DNA from: an uncultured Solirubrobacteraceae bacterium
Lineage (GTDB): Bacteria; Actinomycetota; Thermoleophilia; Solirubrobacterales; Solirubrobacteraceae
Direction of reading: 5' to 3'
Assembly: GCA_963740605.1 (NCBI GenBank)
Contig: CAVUFC010000028.1
Location: 40,330-104,329 of the forward strand
DNA: 64,000 nt
Positions 55,018 through 64,000 of this stretch are shown here, piece after piece (within the stretch, counting starts at the first letter, position 1; every line of letters begins with the position of its first letter). A program made the position numbers and the translations under genes. Below the pieces are notes generated by a model. It saw only the letters and a list, made by a program, of their open reading frames with translations. It was not told where the DNA came from and did not search any database.

Positions 55018-56174
55018 CTACGGCGTCTGGGTCAGCGCGATCTCGGCGTTGCCGGTGAGCGCGCCTTCACCGTCCGCGCCGGTGCCCGGATCCGTGTAGG
55101 AGGCCGCGAACACCGCGCGGATCTCCGACGGATCGTGGCCCGACGGGTAGGTCGTCACGAACTGCCCCGTGCAGCCGCTCGTGCTGCTGATCGGGTGCCC
55201 GTGCGTCTGGTGGCCCACGATGTAGTTCAGGCTCACCTTGGTGCGGTCGACGGGCTGGTCGTCCGTCACCTTCACCTCGACCTGGACCGTGTCACCGAAG
55301 TGGAACGCCTGGCCCTCGACGGGCTTGACGAACTCGATGACGGACGAGCGTTGCCGACGATGACCTGCGCCTCGGCCGCAGCGGAGCGGCCGGTGCGGTC
55401 GGTCACCTTCAGCGTCGAGTTGTAGACGCCGGCTTTATCGAACGTGTGCGTCGGGTTCGGCTCGGTCGAGTCGAACGTCCCGTTGGCGTCGAAGTCGCAC
55501 TGGTAGGTGAGACGGTCGCCGCCCGGATCGCTCGTGCCCGCGCTCGAGAAGTGGACCTCGAGCGGAGCGGTCGGGCTGTCGGGCGGGTCGGCCGCCGCCT
55601 TGACGATCGGCGTCCGGTTCCCGCGCACGTAATCGACGCGAGCGAGCTGGGCCTCCGGCAGCGTGACGAAGTAACCGGTGCCGTACTCGAGCGTGTACAG
55701 CGCGCCGTCCTCGCCGAACTCGATGTCCATCGGGTTGTCGAACGTGAACGACGGCAGGACCGGGTTGATCTTCAGGAGGCTGCCCGACTCGTCGAGCCGC
55801 ATCTCCTTGATGTAGTCCCGCGTCCACTCGTAGAACAGCGGCACGTTGTCGTAGTACTGCGGCCACTTGATCCGCGACGTGGACTTCGGCTTGTAGTTGT
55901 ACGCCGGGCCCGCCATCGGGCCGACGCCGCCGGTGCCGAGCTCCGGGAACCCGGTCGACTCGTTGTACGAGTACCAGACGTCCGGATGCCGCCCCGGCGG
56001 CAGGTCACGCAGGCCGGTGTTGTTCGGCGAGTCGTTGACCGTCGCCGCGCAATCGAACTTCGGGCCCGACGTCTTGGTGGCGAAGTCGTAGTGGAGCCTC
56101 CCTCCCAGATGTGGATGTCTCCTCCGCTCCCGGACCCCAGTGCCGCTCCCGACGGCACTTTGCCCGCTTTTCAC
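55018..56174 (-). pseudogene. N-terminally truncated, frameshifted remnant of a large PQQ-type sugar dehydrogenase / PKD-domain protein
   Basis: FDCAATVNDSPNNTGL...PMDIEFGEDGALYTLEYG, a PKD-like LTYQCDFDANGTFD...YNSTLKVTDRTG, then a frame break near 55348 (IVGNARP | VIEFVKPVEGQAFHFGD...VGHQTHGHP). Confidence 0.6.
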
Positions 56175-56254
56175 ATGGGCCCGACGACCTTCTGACGGAT
56201 CTAGCAGAACTCAGCGCTGCATCGCCCGCGGCCGAACCGCGAGACTTGCGCCGG

Positions 56255-58243
56255 ATGCGCCGGCTCGCTGCCCTGCTGTTCGTCGTCCTCGCGGGGCTCG
56301 CGAGCCCTGCGCCCGCGCGCGCGGCGTTCACCGATGCGGACTACTGGGCGTTCGCCGATCGCCAGATGGGCGGGCTCGACGAGCGCTGGAGCGCGCGGCG
56401 GCACGAATACGTCGGCGAATCCGGCGAAGCGGAGATCCGCGAGAACGCGGCGATGCTGATGACGCACTCGATCGCCGCCTACACCGGGCACGCCGGCCCG
56501 ACGCGGCAGGACGAGCGCGCGCACTTCCTGATCGAGAAGCTGACGTCGCCGCCGGCGTTCCTCGGCACCGCGCCGGCACCGGCGCCCACGCAGTCGACGT
56601 GCTGGTCCGTCGACCTCGAGACCTCCGCACGCGAGCACATGTCGCTCGAGCCGAAGGTGGCCGAGGCGCTCACGTGGGCGTGGAAGGCCCGGACCGCGCT
56701 GCGGCTGAGCGCCGGCGAGGTGCAGCGGATAGCGGACACGGTGACCGCGTGTGCCTACAGCGCCGCATGGCGGTACCCGCGCCGGCTCGCCAACCAGATC
56801 AACTGGAACGCCGAGATGTACGCGAGCGCGGCGACGGTGTCCGGACTGCCGGAGCTGCTGGTCAATGACTACGGACGCCAGCTCGGCGACTTCGCCGCGG
56901 GCATCACGCGACCGATGGCGGGCGAGAAGAGCCCCAACCTCGGCGCCGGCTACCAGTTCCACTACCGGCCCGACCATCGCGACCGCGCCAGCAGCAACCT
57001 CGACACGCCCGAGTACGCGAACATCGTCATCCAAGCGCTGTCGTACTACGTCCGGGCGCTGGCGCTCGGGATGCCGCCGCTCCCGGCCGACGAGGTGCGG
57101 CAGCTGCGGTCCTGGATGCTGCGGCTGCTCGCCGGCTCGTGGACGCACGCCGGCTACCTGAACTGGGACACCGCCCGTGGGCTGAAGCGCTGGCACTCCG
57201 GGCAGTACTGGGCGTTCGCGCAGCAGGGGCTGCAGACGATCGCGACCACGCCGCGGTTCTGGCGCGACCCGAACGAGGGCCGCTGGGCGAAGGCGATGTT
57301 CGACCAGGGGCTGGTCCTGTACCGGCGCCTTGCGGACGAGAACCACAGCGTGTTCGCGCCGCAGCTGATGTTCGGCGTCGACTCGCGCATGAAGCGCGAC
57401 GCGTTGTTCCGCGTCCGGATCCTCGCGAGCGCCGTGCGCGCGATCGGGCTCGGCATGGGCTCGCTGCCGTCGGCGACGCCACCGCCGCTGTGGGCGTACG
57501 ACTACGACACCGGCCGGCTCGCGATCACCACGCCGCGGTACTCGACCGCGATCGTCCCCGACGACCGCGGCCCACTCGGCTATGGCGGCCTCGAGCCGGC
57601 GCGGCTGTTCGGGCCGGGGCAGCGGGTCGCGTCGGGCACGGGCGGGCGGCCGCCGGAGGCGTTCGGGATCGTCGTCTACGACCGGCTTGGTCGCGCGGTG
57701 CTGTCGTCGCAGCGCCCGCGCACGGGGCTCGGGCTGCGGATCGTGCGCTCCCCGGCCGGGAACATCACGCACCCGCGCGCGTATCCGCGGCAGCCGTACG
57801 CCGGGCCGTTCTCGGTCGTCGAGGCCGTCGGGAGCGTGCGGCGGGCACGCGTGCGCGTCGAGTCGCGGCACACGTTCCGGCGCGCGACGATCGCCAACCG
57901 CTGGACGGTCGGCTGCCGGCGCCTGTGCCCGGCCGACCGCGTGCGGGCCTTCTTCCCCACCTGGAGCGAGACGATCGTGGCCGTCCTGCGCAACGGCCAT
58001 CGCGTCCGGCTCGGGATCGACGCGCCGCGCGCGCGCGTGCCGCTAGCCGCGGTCGACCACGTCCGGCTCGGGGGGTACCGGATCGCGCGGCTGAGCGGTC
58101 CACCGGGCGCGATGCTGTTCGCGGTTCCAGCGTCGTCCGAACGGACGAACCCGAAGCCGCAGCCGAGCTTGGCCGTCCAGCTGACAGAGCGCCGGCCGTT
58201 CCACGCCGTGCGGCTGGCCGCGGTGATCAAGCCGCTCGGCTGA
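56255..58243 (+). CDS. 662-aa secreted protein of unrecognised family
   Basis: Signal peptide MRRLAALLFVVLAGLASPAPARA. The first ~400 aa look mainly helical, then a beta-rich C-terminus. Coding-like composition. Confidence 0.65.
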   Translation: MRRLAALLFVVLAGLASPAPARAAFTDADYWAFADRQMGGLDERWSARRHEYVGESGEAEIRENAAMLMTHSIAAYTGHAGPTRQDERAHFLIEKLTSPPAFLGTAPAPAPTQSTCWSVDLETSAREHMSLEPKVAEALTWAWKARTALRLSAGEVQRIADTVTACAYSAAWRYPRRLANQINWNAEMYASAATVSGLPELLVNDYGRQLGDFAAGITRPMAGEKSPNLGAGYQFHYRPDHRDRASSNLDTPEYANIVIQALSYYVRALALGMPPLPADEVRQLRSWMLRLLAGSWTHAGYLNWDTARGLKRWHSGQYWAFAQQGLQTIATTPRFWRDPNEGRWAKAMFDQGLVLYRRLADENHSVFAPQLMFGVDSRMKRDALFRVRILASAVRAIGLGMGSLPSATPPPLWAYDYDTGRLAITTPRYSTAIVPDDRGPLGYGGLEPARLFGPGQRVASGTGGRPPEAFGIVVYDRLGRAVLSSQRPRTGLGLRIVRSPAGNITHPRAYPRQPYAGPFSVVEAVGSVRRARVRVESRHTFRRATIANRWTVGCRRLCPADRVRAFFPTWSETIVAVLRNGHRVRLGIDAPRARVPLAAVDHVRLGGYRIARLSGPPGAMLFAVPASSERTNPKPQPSLAVQLTERRPFHAVRLAAVIKPLG

Positions 58244-58485
58244 CGCGCCACTTCGCGCGACTGGGAGCGATCGAGGCGCGCGTCAACGAGCGCCTCGGGC
58301 CGATCGAGAGCGTCGACTCCGAGATCACGTCCACGCTCTGCGTGCTTCAGGTCGCCGCGCACGACGGTCGCCCGTTCCGCATGCTCGTCACCTGCGGAAT
58401 GAGAGCGCGGCCGATTACGGTGCCGGCCGAGCCCCGTGAAGCGCACGCGCTTCGGCCTGTTCTGATCCCGTACCACGGGCCGTGA
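58240..58485 (+). pseudogene. possible SUFU-like domain fragment without canonical start
   Basis: IEARVNERLGPIESVDSEITSTLCVLQVAAHDGRPFRMLVTCGMRARPITVP resembles the N-terminal third of bacterial SUFU-domain proteins. It stops after ~80 aa. Confidence 0.3.
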
Positions 58486-58552
58486 TGAGGCGCGCGATGG
58501 TCGCTGTGGCGACAGTGTCGGTGTGCGGGCTGGGGTGTAGCGGGGCGCCGCC

Positions 58553-58807
58553 GTGATCGTGATCAACAGCGACGACCGGACCGTCTCTCGCGGCGAGGAC
58601 CTCGCCCGCGGCCTCGAGAAGGGCGCCGAGCAACGGGGCGTCACGGCCGAGAAGATCGTGATCGGCGGCCGCCAGGGCCGCATGGTCCCCACGGCCGACG
58701 GCGGCTACATCGCGATGGCCTCGACCGGGCAGTGCGCGGTCGTGCTGCTGGTCGCGGACGAGGCGCCGCTCCTGCGCGACGCCGCATCGGTCATCCCGAA
58801 GCCTTAG
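58553..58807 (+). CDS. hypothetical 84-aa protein; a lipoprotein signal lies upstream in another frame
   Basis: GTG ORF 58553..58807. 58485..58556 encodes MRRAMVAVATVSVCGLGCSGAPP* in a different frame. Confidence 0.35.
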   Translation: MIVINSDDRTVSRGEDLARGLEKGAEQRGVTAEKIVIGGRQGRMVPTADGGYIAMASTGQCAVVLLVADEAPLLRDAASVIPKP

Positions 58808-60036
58808 ACATCGACCACCCGCCGTTCGCGCCGCGACGCCTCGGCCGCGAACGCGATCCGGTGCGACTCGAGCGTCTCCGCCGGCGACGTTGGGACAAGT
58901 GCGGGATCGCCCGCCGCCGCGGCCGCGACGAACTCCGCCATCACGCCGTCGTCGCCGCCACCGTGGCGGCCGAGATCGTCGCCGTTGGTCGTGGCGTGCA
59001 CCGTCGTCTCGCGCGTGAGGAAGTCGTGGACCTCGACCGTGTCGCCGTCGCCGTACAGCTCGCCGCGCGTGCCGAAGATGCGCGTCTCACGAGGCCGCAT
59101 GCGCGTGAACGCGGTCATGGTGAGGCTCGCGGTGACGCCACTCGCGTATTCGAGGTTCACGACCTGATGGTCGACCACGTCGTTGTCGCACCCCCACACG
59201 CAGCGCCCGTAGGGGCCGTCGCGCAGGGCCTGCTCGACGTTGCCCGGCGTCGGCGGCCACGCCACCACGTCGACCGGCCAGACGGTCTCGCCTCGCTCGG
59301 CCATCCCGAGGTACAGGCGCCGCGCCGAGAACGGGCAGTCCGCCTCGATCCCGCAGTCGACGCAGCGATCGCCGGCACCAGCCGGGCGGCGGTCACGCCG
59401 GAAGTGCGCGAGGCTCCCGAACGAGGAGACGGCGCGGCACGGCTCCTGCACCAGATACGACAGCCAGTCGAGGTCGTGGCAGCACTTGGCGAGCAGCATC
59501 GGGCCGGTCTCGTCCTCGCGGCGCCAGTTGCCGCGCACGTACGAGTGGGCCTGGTGCAGGAAGCCGACCGGCTCGAGGTGCTCGATGCTCACGATCTCGC
59601 CCACCGCGCCGTCGTCGAGCAGGCGCTTGAGCGCGCGCGTGTACGGCGTGTAGCGCATGACATGGGCGACGGCAGCCACGATCCCGGCGCGCTCGACCGC
59701 GCCGGCGATCTCCCGGCACTCCTCCTCGGTCGGCGCCAGCGGCTTCTCGATCAGCATCGCGTAGCCCTGCTCGGCGAACGCCAGCGCGGGCTCGGTGTGG
59801 TCGCGATCGAGCGTGGCGACCACGACGGCATCCGCCACGCGGCCGTGCGCCACCGCCTCGCGCCAGTCGGCGAAGCGGCCCGTGGACGGGACCTCGTGCG
59901 CGTCCCCGAGCCGGTCGCGGTAGACGGCGCGCGGCTCGGCGACCGCCACCACCCGAGCCTCACTCGGGTGGCGGCGTGCCCAGTCCGCGAACGTCGATCC
60001 GCGCGAGCCGGCGCCAACGATCAGCAGCGTGACCAT
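58804..60036 (-). CDS. Gfo/Idh/MocA-family oxidoreductase
   Basis: MVTLLIVGAGSRGSTFADWA Rossmann N-terminus, EKPLAPT motif. Confidence 0.85.
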   Translation of the reverse strand: MVTLLIVGAGSRGSTFADWARRHPSEARVVAVAEPRAVYRDRLGDAHEVPSTGRFADWREAVAHGRVADAVVVATLDRDHTEPALAFAEQGYAMLIEKPLAPTEEECREIAGAVERAGIVAAVAHVMRYTPYTRALKRLLDDGAVGEIVSIEHLEPVGFLHQAHSYVRGNWRREDETGPMLLAKCCHDLDWLSYLVQEPCRAVSSFGSLAHFRRDRRPAGAGDRCVDCGIEADCPFSARRLYLGMAERGETVWPVDVVAWPPTPGNVEQALRDGPYGRCVWGCDNDVVDHQVVNLEYASGVTASLTMTAFTRMRPRETRIFGTRGELYGDGDTVEVHDFLTRETTVHATTNGDDLGRHGGGDDGVMAEFVAAAAAGDPALVPTSPAETLESHRIAFAAEASRRERRVVDV

Positions 60037-61343
60037 CAGAACGCGGTCAGCGCCTTCTCGATCTCGGCCTGCCCCTGCTTGAGCGCGTCCTCGGGGCTCG
60101 TCTGGCCCGAGAGCGCGGCGTTGACGTTGTTGTAGATCGCCTGCGAGATCTGCGGATAGACCGGCGACACGGGACGCGCCTTGGCCGCTTCGATCGCCGC
60201 CTTGAGCTGTGCCGCGTACGGCACCGCCTTCTTCACCGCGGGCGCTTCGTACGTCGCGTTCAGCACCGACGGCAGCGAGAACTTGGACATGTTCAGCTCG
60301 AGCGTCTCCGGTGAGGTGATGTGGTCGATGAACAGCAGCGCGCCCTTCGGGTTCTTCGAGTAGGCGGACAGCACCGGGCCGTTGCCGCCGAGCACGCCGC
60401 CCTTGCCGCCGCCCTCGAACGACGGGAGCGGGGTCACCGCGAGCTTGCCCTTGAGCTCCTTCGCCTTGAGATCGAGCGCGTAGGCATAGCTCCAGTTGCG
60501 CATGAACGTGGCCTTGCCGGCCTCGAACGCCAGCCGCGCCGGCTCCTCCATGTAGGTCGTGACCGCCTTGCTGGCCGCCCCGTCCTTGACGCCGTCGACC
60601 ATGAACTGCAGGGCCTTCAGGTTCGCGGGCGAGTCGAACGTCGCGGTCTTGCCGTCCGGCGAGAGGATCGTCCCGCCGAGCGCGGAGGAGACCTCGATGA
60701 AGTTGCACGTCAAGCCCTCATACGGCGCGCCCTGATAGGCGAACCCGTCGTTGGCCGCCGCGTCCTTGTAGAGCTGCTGCCACGTGGACGGCGCGTCGGC
60801 GACCTGGTCGGTCCGGCGGTACAGCAGACCGGCGCCGGTCACCTGCGGGACGGCCCAGTAGCGGCCGTCGTACTTGTTCGGCGCCAGCGTCGAAGGGATG
60901 AACTCGTCCTGCCGGCTCTTGACGTAGTCCGACAGATCCATGATCCAGTGCTGCTGGGCGAACTCGGCGACCCAGATCACGTCGGACTGGTAGACGTCGC
61001 AGTCGGACGACTTGGCCTGCAGCCGCTGGATCGCCTGCTGGCGCTGCTCGTCGGACCCGTTCGGGAACTCGATCAGCTTGGCCTGCAGGCCCTGATCCTT
61101 GTAGCGGGCGTTGAACCGCTCGACCGCGCTGTGGTAGCCACCGCTGTTGTCCTTCCCGGCGCAGAACGTGACGGTGCCCGTCGCGTCCTTAGCCTCGGCC
61201 AGCGTCGGGGCCACCTTGGCGCCCTCCGTGCTGCCCTTCTCGGCCCCCGCCGTGCCCGCGTCGTCGTTGCTGCCGCAGGCCACGAGGCCCAAGGCAACCG
61301 CCGCGAGTAGCGCCGGCAGCACCCGCTGTACCGATCCAGTCAT
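60036..61343 (-). CDS. ABC transporter substrate-binding lipoprotein (family-1, sugar type)
   Basis: Lipobox LVACGS, GGGGAG Shine-Dalgarno before ATG 61343, SBP_bac_1-like sequence. No permease or ATPase adjacent. Confidence 0.85.
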   Translation of the reverse strand: MTGSVQRVLPALLAAVALGLVACGSNDDAGTAGAEKGSTEGAKVAPTLAEAKDATGTVTFCAGKDNSGGYHSAVERFNARYKDQGLQAKLIEFPNGSDEQRQQAIQRLQAKSSDCDVYQSDVIWVAEFAQQHWIMDLSDYVKSRQDEFIPSTLAPNKYDGRYWAVPQVTGAGLLYRRTDQVADAPSTWQQLYKDAAANDGFAYQGAPYEGLTCNFIEVSSALGGTILSPDGKTATFDSPANLKALQFMVDGVKDGAASKAVTTYMEEPARLAFEAGKATFMRNWSYAYALDLKAKELKGKLAVTPLPSFEGGGKGGVLGGNGPVLSAYSKNPKGALLFIDHITSPETLELNMSKFSLPSVLNATYEAPAVKKAVPYAAQLKAAIEAAKARPVSPVYPQISQAIYNNVNAALSGQTSPEDALKQGQAEIEKALTAF

Positions 61344-61386
61344 CGTCTCCCCTTCTCGTTTGGCCCCTGCCAGAGCCGAGACAGCT

Positions 61387-61406
61387 TTCGGGTATGAGTA
61401 CCCGAA
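61387..61406. promoter_or_regulatory. 20-bp palindrome spanning the first ATG of the GGT-family gene
   Basis: TTCGGGTA-tgag-TACCCGAA. A second in-frame ATG follows at 61406. Confidence 0.3.
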
Positions 61407-63076
61407 TGCGTCCCGCAACGCGTCCTGTCCTTCGCGGCACGTTCGGAATGGTGTCCGCCACCCACTGGCTGGCGGCGGCCTCGGGCATGCGGATGCTCGA
61501 GCGCGGAGGCAACGCGTTCGACGCGGCCGCAGCGGCCGGGTTCGTGCTGCAGATCGTCGAGCCGCACCAGAACGGCCCGGGCGGCGACCTGCCGGTGGTG
61601 TTCTGGAGCGCCGAGGTCGGCGCACCGCGGGTGCTGTGTGCCCAGGGCCCGGCCCCGGCGGCGGCCACGATGGAGCGCTACGCCGGCCTGGACCTCGTGC
61701 CGGGCGACGGGGTGCTGGCCGCGGTCGTGCCGGGAGCGTTCGACGGCTGGATGCAGCTCGTGCGCGACTTCGGGACGCTGCGCCTGGCGGAGATCCTCGA
61801 GCCCGCGATCAGCTACGCGGCCGACGGCTTCCCGGTGGTGCGCGAACTGGCTGCCGAGGTCGCGGCCCACGCGGAGCGGTTCCGCGCCGAGTGGCCCTCG
61901 TCGGCCGAGGTGTGGCTGCGCGACGGCGGGCCGCGCGAGATCTACACGCTGCCGGGCGTCGCCGCGACCTACCGGCGGATCGTCGGCGAGGCGTCAGGCC
62001 GCGACCGCGAGGCCGAGTTCGACGCGGCGCGCGACGCCTTCTACCGCGGGTTCGTCGCGGACGCGATCGACGGCTTCGGCTCGCTGGTGCGAGGCGACGA
62101 TCTGGCGCGGTGGAGCGCGTCCTACGAGGACCCGGTCGTGCTCGACTACGGCGGCCTGACGGTGTGCAAGCCAGGCCCCTGGAGCCAGGGGCCCGTGTTC
62201 CTGCAGCAGCTCGCGCTGCTGTCCGGCTTCGACCTTCCCGCGATGACGCCGGCTGAGCGGCTGCACACCGTGATCGAGTGCGCGAAGCTCGCGTTCGCCG
62301 ATCGCGAGGCGTGGTACGCCGACCCGGCGTTCGTCGACGTGCCGCTCGACGCGCTGCTGTCGGCGCCCTACAACGCCGAGCGCCGCGCGCTGGTCGGCGC
62401 GGAGGCTTCGTTCGCCGTGCGGCCCGGCTCGCCCGACGGCCGCGAGCCGGTGCTGGCAACCGGTGGGGAGCCGGGCGGGGCGTCGAGCGCCCCGGTCGGA
62501 AGCGACACCTGCGCGGTGATGACCGCGGACCGCTTCGGCAACGTCGTGTCCGCGATCCCGAGCGGCGGATGGCTGAAGAGCTCACCGGCGATCCCCGAGC
62601 TCGGCTTCTGCCTCGGCACTCGGGCGCAGATGTTCTGGCTCGACCCGGACGTCCCCGGCGCGCTCGCGCCCGGCAAGCGGCCGCGGACGACGCTCAGCCC
62701 AACGTTGACGCAGCGGAACGGCGAGCCCTACCTCGCGTTCGGGACGCCGGGCGGCGACGGGCAGGACCAGTGGACGCTGCAGTTCCTGCTGTCGCACCTC
62801 GACGGGCTCGACCTGCAGGCGGCGATCGAGGCGCCGAAGTTCACCAGCCACCATGTCGCGTCGTCGTTCCACCCGCGCGCGGCGCGACCGGGCAGCGTGG
62901 ACCTCGAGGCGCGGTTCGGCGACGCCGTGATCGCCGGGTTGCGGGAGCGCGGCCACGACGTGTCGGTGGTCGGCGACTGGAGCATCGGCCGCCTTGTGGC
63001 CGCGGGGCGCGACGGGTCGAGCCTGGTCGCGGCCGCAGACCCGCGCGGGATGATGCGCTATGCCGCCGGGCGCTGA
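61394..63076 (+). CDS. gamma-glutamyltransferase-family protein
   Basis: GNAFDAAAAAGFVL, NGPGGD, processing-site-like GSDTCAVMTAD, GTPGGDGQ. Confidence 0.88.
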   Translation: MSTRMRPATRPVLRGTFGMVSATHWLAAASGMRMLERGGNAFDAAAAAGFVLQIVEPHQNGPGGDLPVVFWSAEVGAPRVLCAQGPAPAAATMERYAGLDLVPGDGVLAAVVPGAFDGWMQLVRDFGTLRLAEILEPAISYAADGFPVVRELAAEVAAHAERFRAEWPSSAEVWLRDGGPREIYTLPGVAATYRRIVGEASGRDREAEFDAARDAFYRGFVADAIDGFGSLVRGDDLARWSASYEDPVVLDYGGLTVCKPGPWSQGPVFLQQLALLSGFDLPAMTPAERLHTVIECAKLAFADREAWYADPAFVDVPLDALLSAPYNAERRALVGAEASFAVRPGSPDGREPVLATGGEPGGASSAPVGSDTCAVMTADRFGNVVSAIPSGGWLKSSPAIPELGFCLGTRAQMFWLDPDVPGALAPGKRPRTTLSPTLTQRNGEPYLAFGTPGGDGQDQWTLQFLLSHLDGLDLQAAIEAPKFTSHHVASSFHPRAARPGSVDLEARFGDAVIAGLRERGHDVSVVGDWSIGRLVAAGRDGSSLVAAADPRGMMRYAAGR

Positions 63077-63783
63077 TTCAGGACATCGAGCGAGCCGTTG
63101 TTGAGCTCCACGGCGTAGCCGGCGGCGGCGACGATCTCCGCAACCTCTTTCGGCGTCTCCGCGGAGCGCTCGAGCAGCACCCGCGCGACGTCGCCGCGGG
63201 TCGCCTTGACCATGTGGCTGATCACCTTGCCGTCGGGCGTGAACGCGCGGACGGTCACCCGCTCGGCGGCCTTCGGCGCCCATGCGGCCACGTATCCGCC
63301 CGAGCGGAGGTCGACGATCAGGCCCTCGTCGGCCAGCGCCTTACGCAGGAACGGGCGCCAGAACGCGGCGAGGTTCGGCGTCCGCGGGAGCCGCGCGCCG
63401 ATCGACAGCCGGTACGCGGGGATGCGGTCGTCGGGCCGCACGACGCCCCACAGCGCGCTGGCGATCAGGACGCGCTGCCGGGCCTCGGCACCGATCTCGG
63501 GCAGGCGCAGCCGTTCGAACAACACGCCGGTGTAGACCTCGGCGGCGGGTGCCGCCGGCGCGCTGCGCAGCGCCTGGTTGAGCGCGAGCTCGCCCGCCTG
63601 GCCCTTGGACAGCTCGAGCGCCCTCAGCGCGGTCGCCTCCCGCCCTCCGCTCACGCGGATCAGTGCGCTGAGGATCCGCTCACGCGGCTTTGTAAGGGAA
63701 GGGTGTGAGAGCTCGGCGAGGTCGACCGGCGCTCCGGTGACGGGCGCGGTCTTGCCCTCCGAGGGCGGCAGGAGCACGAGCAC
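63058..63783 (-). CDS. yaaA: peroxide stress protein YaaA (DUF328)
   Basis: MLVLLPPSEGK..., YTGVLFERL, LSALWG-like ASALWGVVRP. Confidence 0.85.
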   Translation of the reverse strand: MLVLLPPSEGKTAPVTGAPVDLAELSHPSLTKPRERILSALIRVSGGREATALRALELSKGQAGELALNQALRSAPAAPAAEVYTGVLFERLRLPEIGAEARQRVLIASALWGVVRPDDRIPAYRLSIGARLPRTPNLAAFWRPFLRKALADEGLIVDLRSGGYVAAWAPKAAERVTVRAFTPDGKVISHMVKATRGDVARVLLERSAETPKEVAEIVAAAGYAVELNNGSLDVLNQRPAA

Positions 63784-63799
63784 GGCGGGCAGCTTATGC

Positions 63800-64000
63800 T
63801 CAGCCCGAGTCGCCGCCGTCCCCCGCGTTCTCGATCGCGTCCTGGATCTGCTGCTTCGCGGCGTCGAACTTCGACTTGAGATCGTCGAGCGCCTGCTGCG
63901 CGTTGCCGCCGGCGTTCTGAAGCGACTGGCTGATGTCGTCGACCTGCTGGGAAAGCGAGTCGATCTGGCTGTTCGCGGTGTCGGCCTGCTGCTGTGCCGC
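63800..64000 (-). CDS. 3' end of a coiled-coil protein gene continuing beyond the window
   Basis: The minus frame reads ...AAQQQADTANSQIDSLSQQVDDISQSLQNAGGNAQQALDDLKSKFDAAKQQIQDAIENAGDGGDSG*. Confidence 0.35.
   Translation of the reverse strand, partial: AAQQQADTANSQIDSLSQQVDDISQSLQNAGGNAQQALDDLKSKFDAAKQQIQDAIENAGDGGDSG

Noticed and set aside
1-64000. Search by eye for tRNA, rRNA, IS elements, integrases, toxin-antitoxin pairs and known defence-system genes.
   Set aside because: None recognised. All sizeable non-coding gaps are under 250 bp, and none shows tRNA-like cloverleaf features or transposase fragments.

Overview
High-GC (about 70% by eye), compact Actinobacteria-type chromosome. 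Most convergent gene ends overlap, and many co-directional genes share ATGA/GTGA/TGATG stop-start overlaps. The backbone is the conserved actinobacterial housekeeping block on the minus strand: thrS ... infC ... rpmI-rplT-trmH-pheS-pheT-argC-argJ-argB-argD ... argG. The window also holds dnaE-panE, gltX, nfo and cysK, plus peripheral metabolic, transport and regulatory genes. I found no rRNA, tRNA, CRISPR array, transposase or integrase.

The conserved block is interrupted three times:
- About 7 kb sits between infC and rpmI. It carries a truncated alkaline-phosphatase-family stub, type-2 IPP isomerase, an SMP-30-like protein, a SARP/NB-ARC/TPR regulator flanked by two paralogous small secreted repeat proteins, and an LCM-type methyltransferase.
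- About 2.5 kb sits between thrS and infC, with a hybrid histidine kinase and a doubly frameshifted Tat-dependent TIM-barrel gene.
- The argF-argR position is occupied by two unrelated genes. One combines a signal peptide, Pro- and Gly/Ser-rich repeats, a sigma-70 region-4-like HTH and a C-terminal anchor.

Other notable points:
- A perfect 45-bp palindrome lies in frame in the N-terminus of a ThiF/MoeB enzyme.
- Several decayed genes cluster at 52-58.5 kb.
- There are candidate leader and attenuator structures upstream of the PLD and Rpf-like genes.
- An HDOD-LuxR fusion regulator appears to be coupled to gltX.
- There is a 972-aa coiled-coil / acidic-repeat / double SCP2-like protein.

All functional calls come from motif recognition in the supplied translations. 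No database search was possible.
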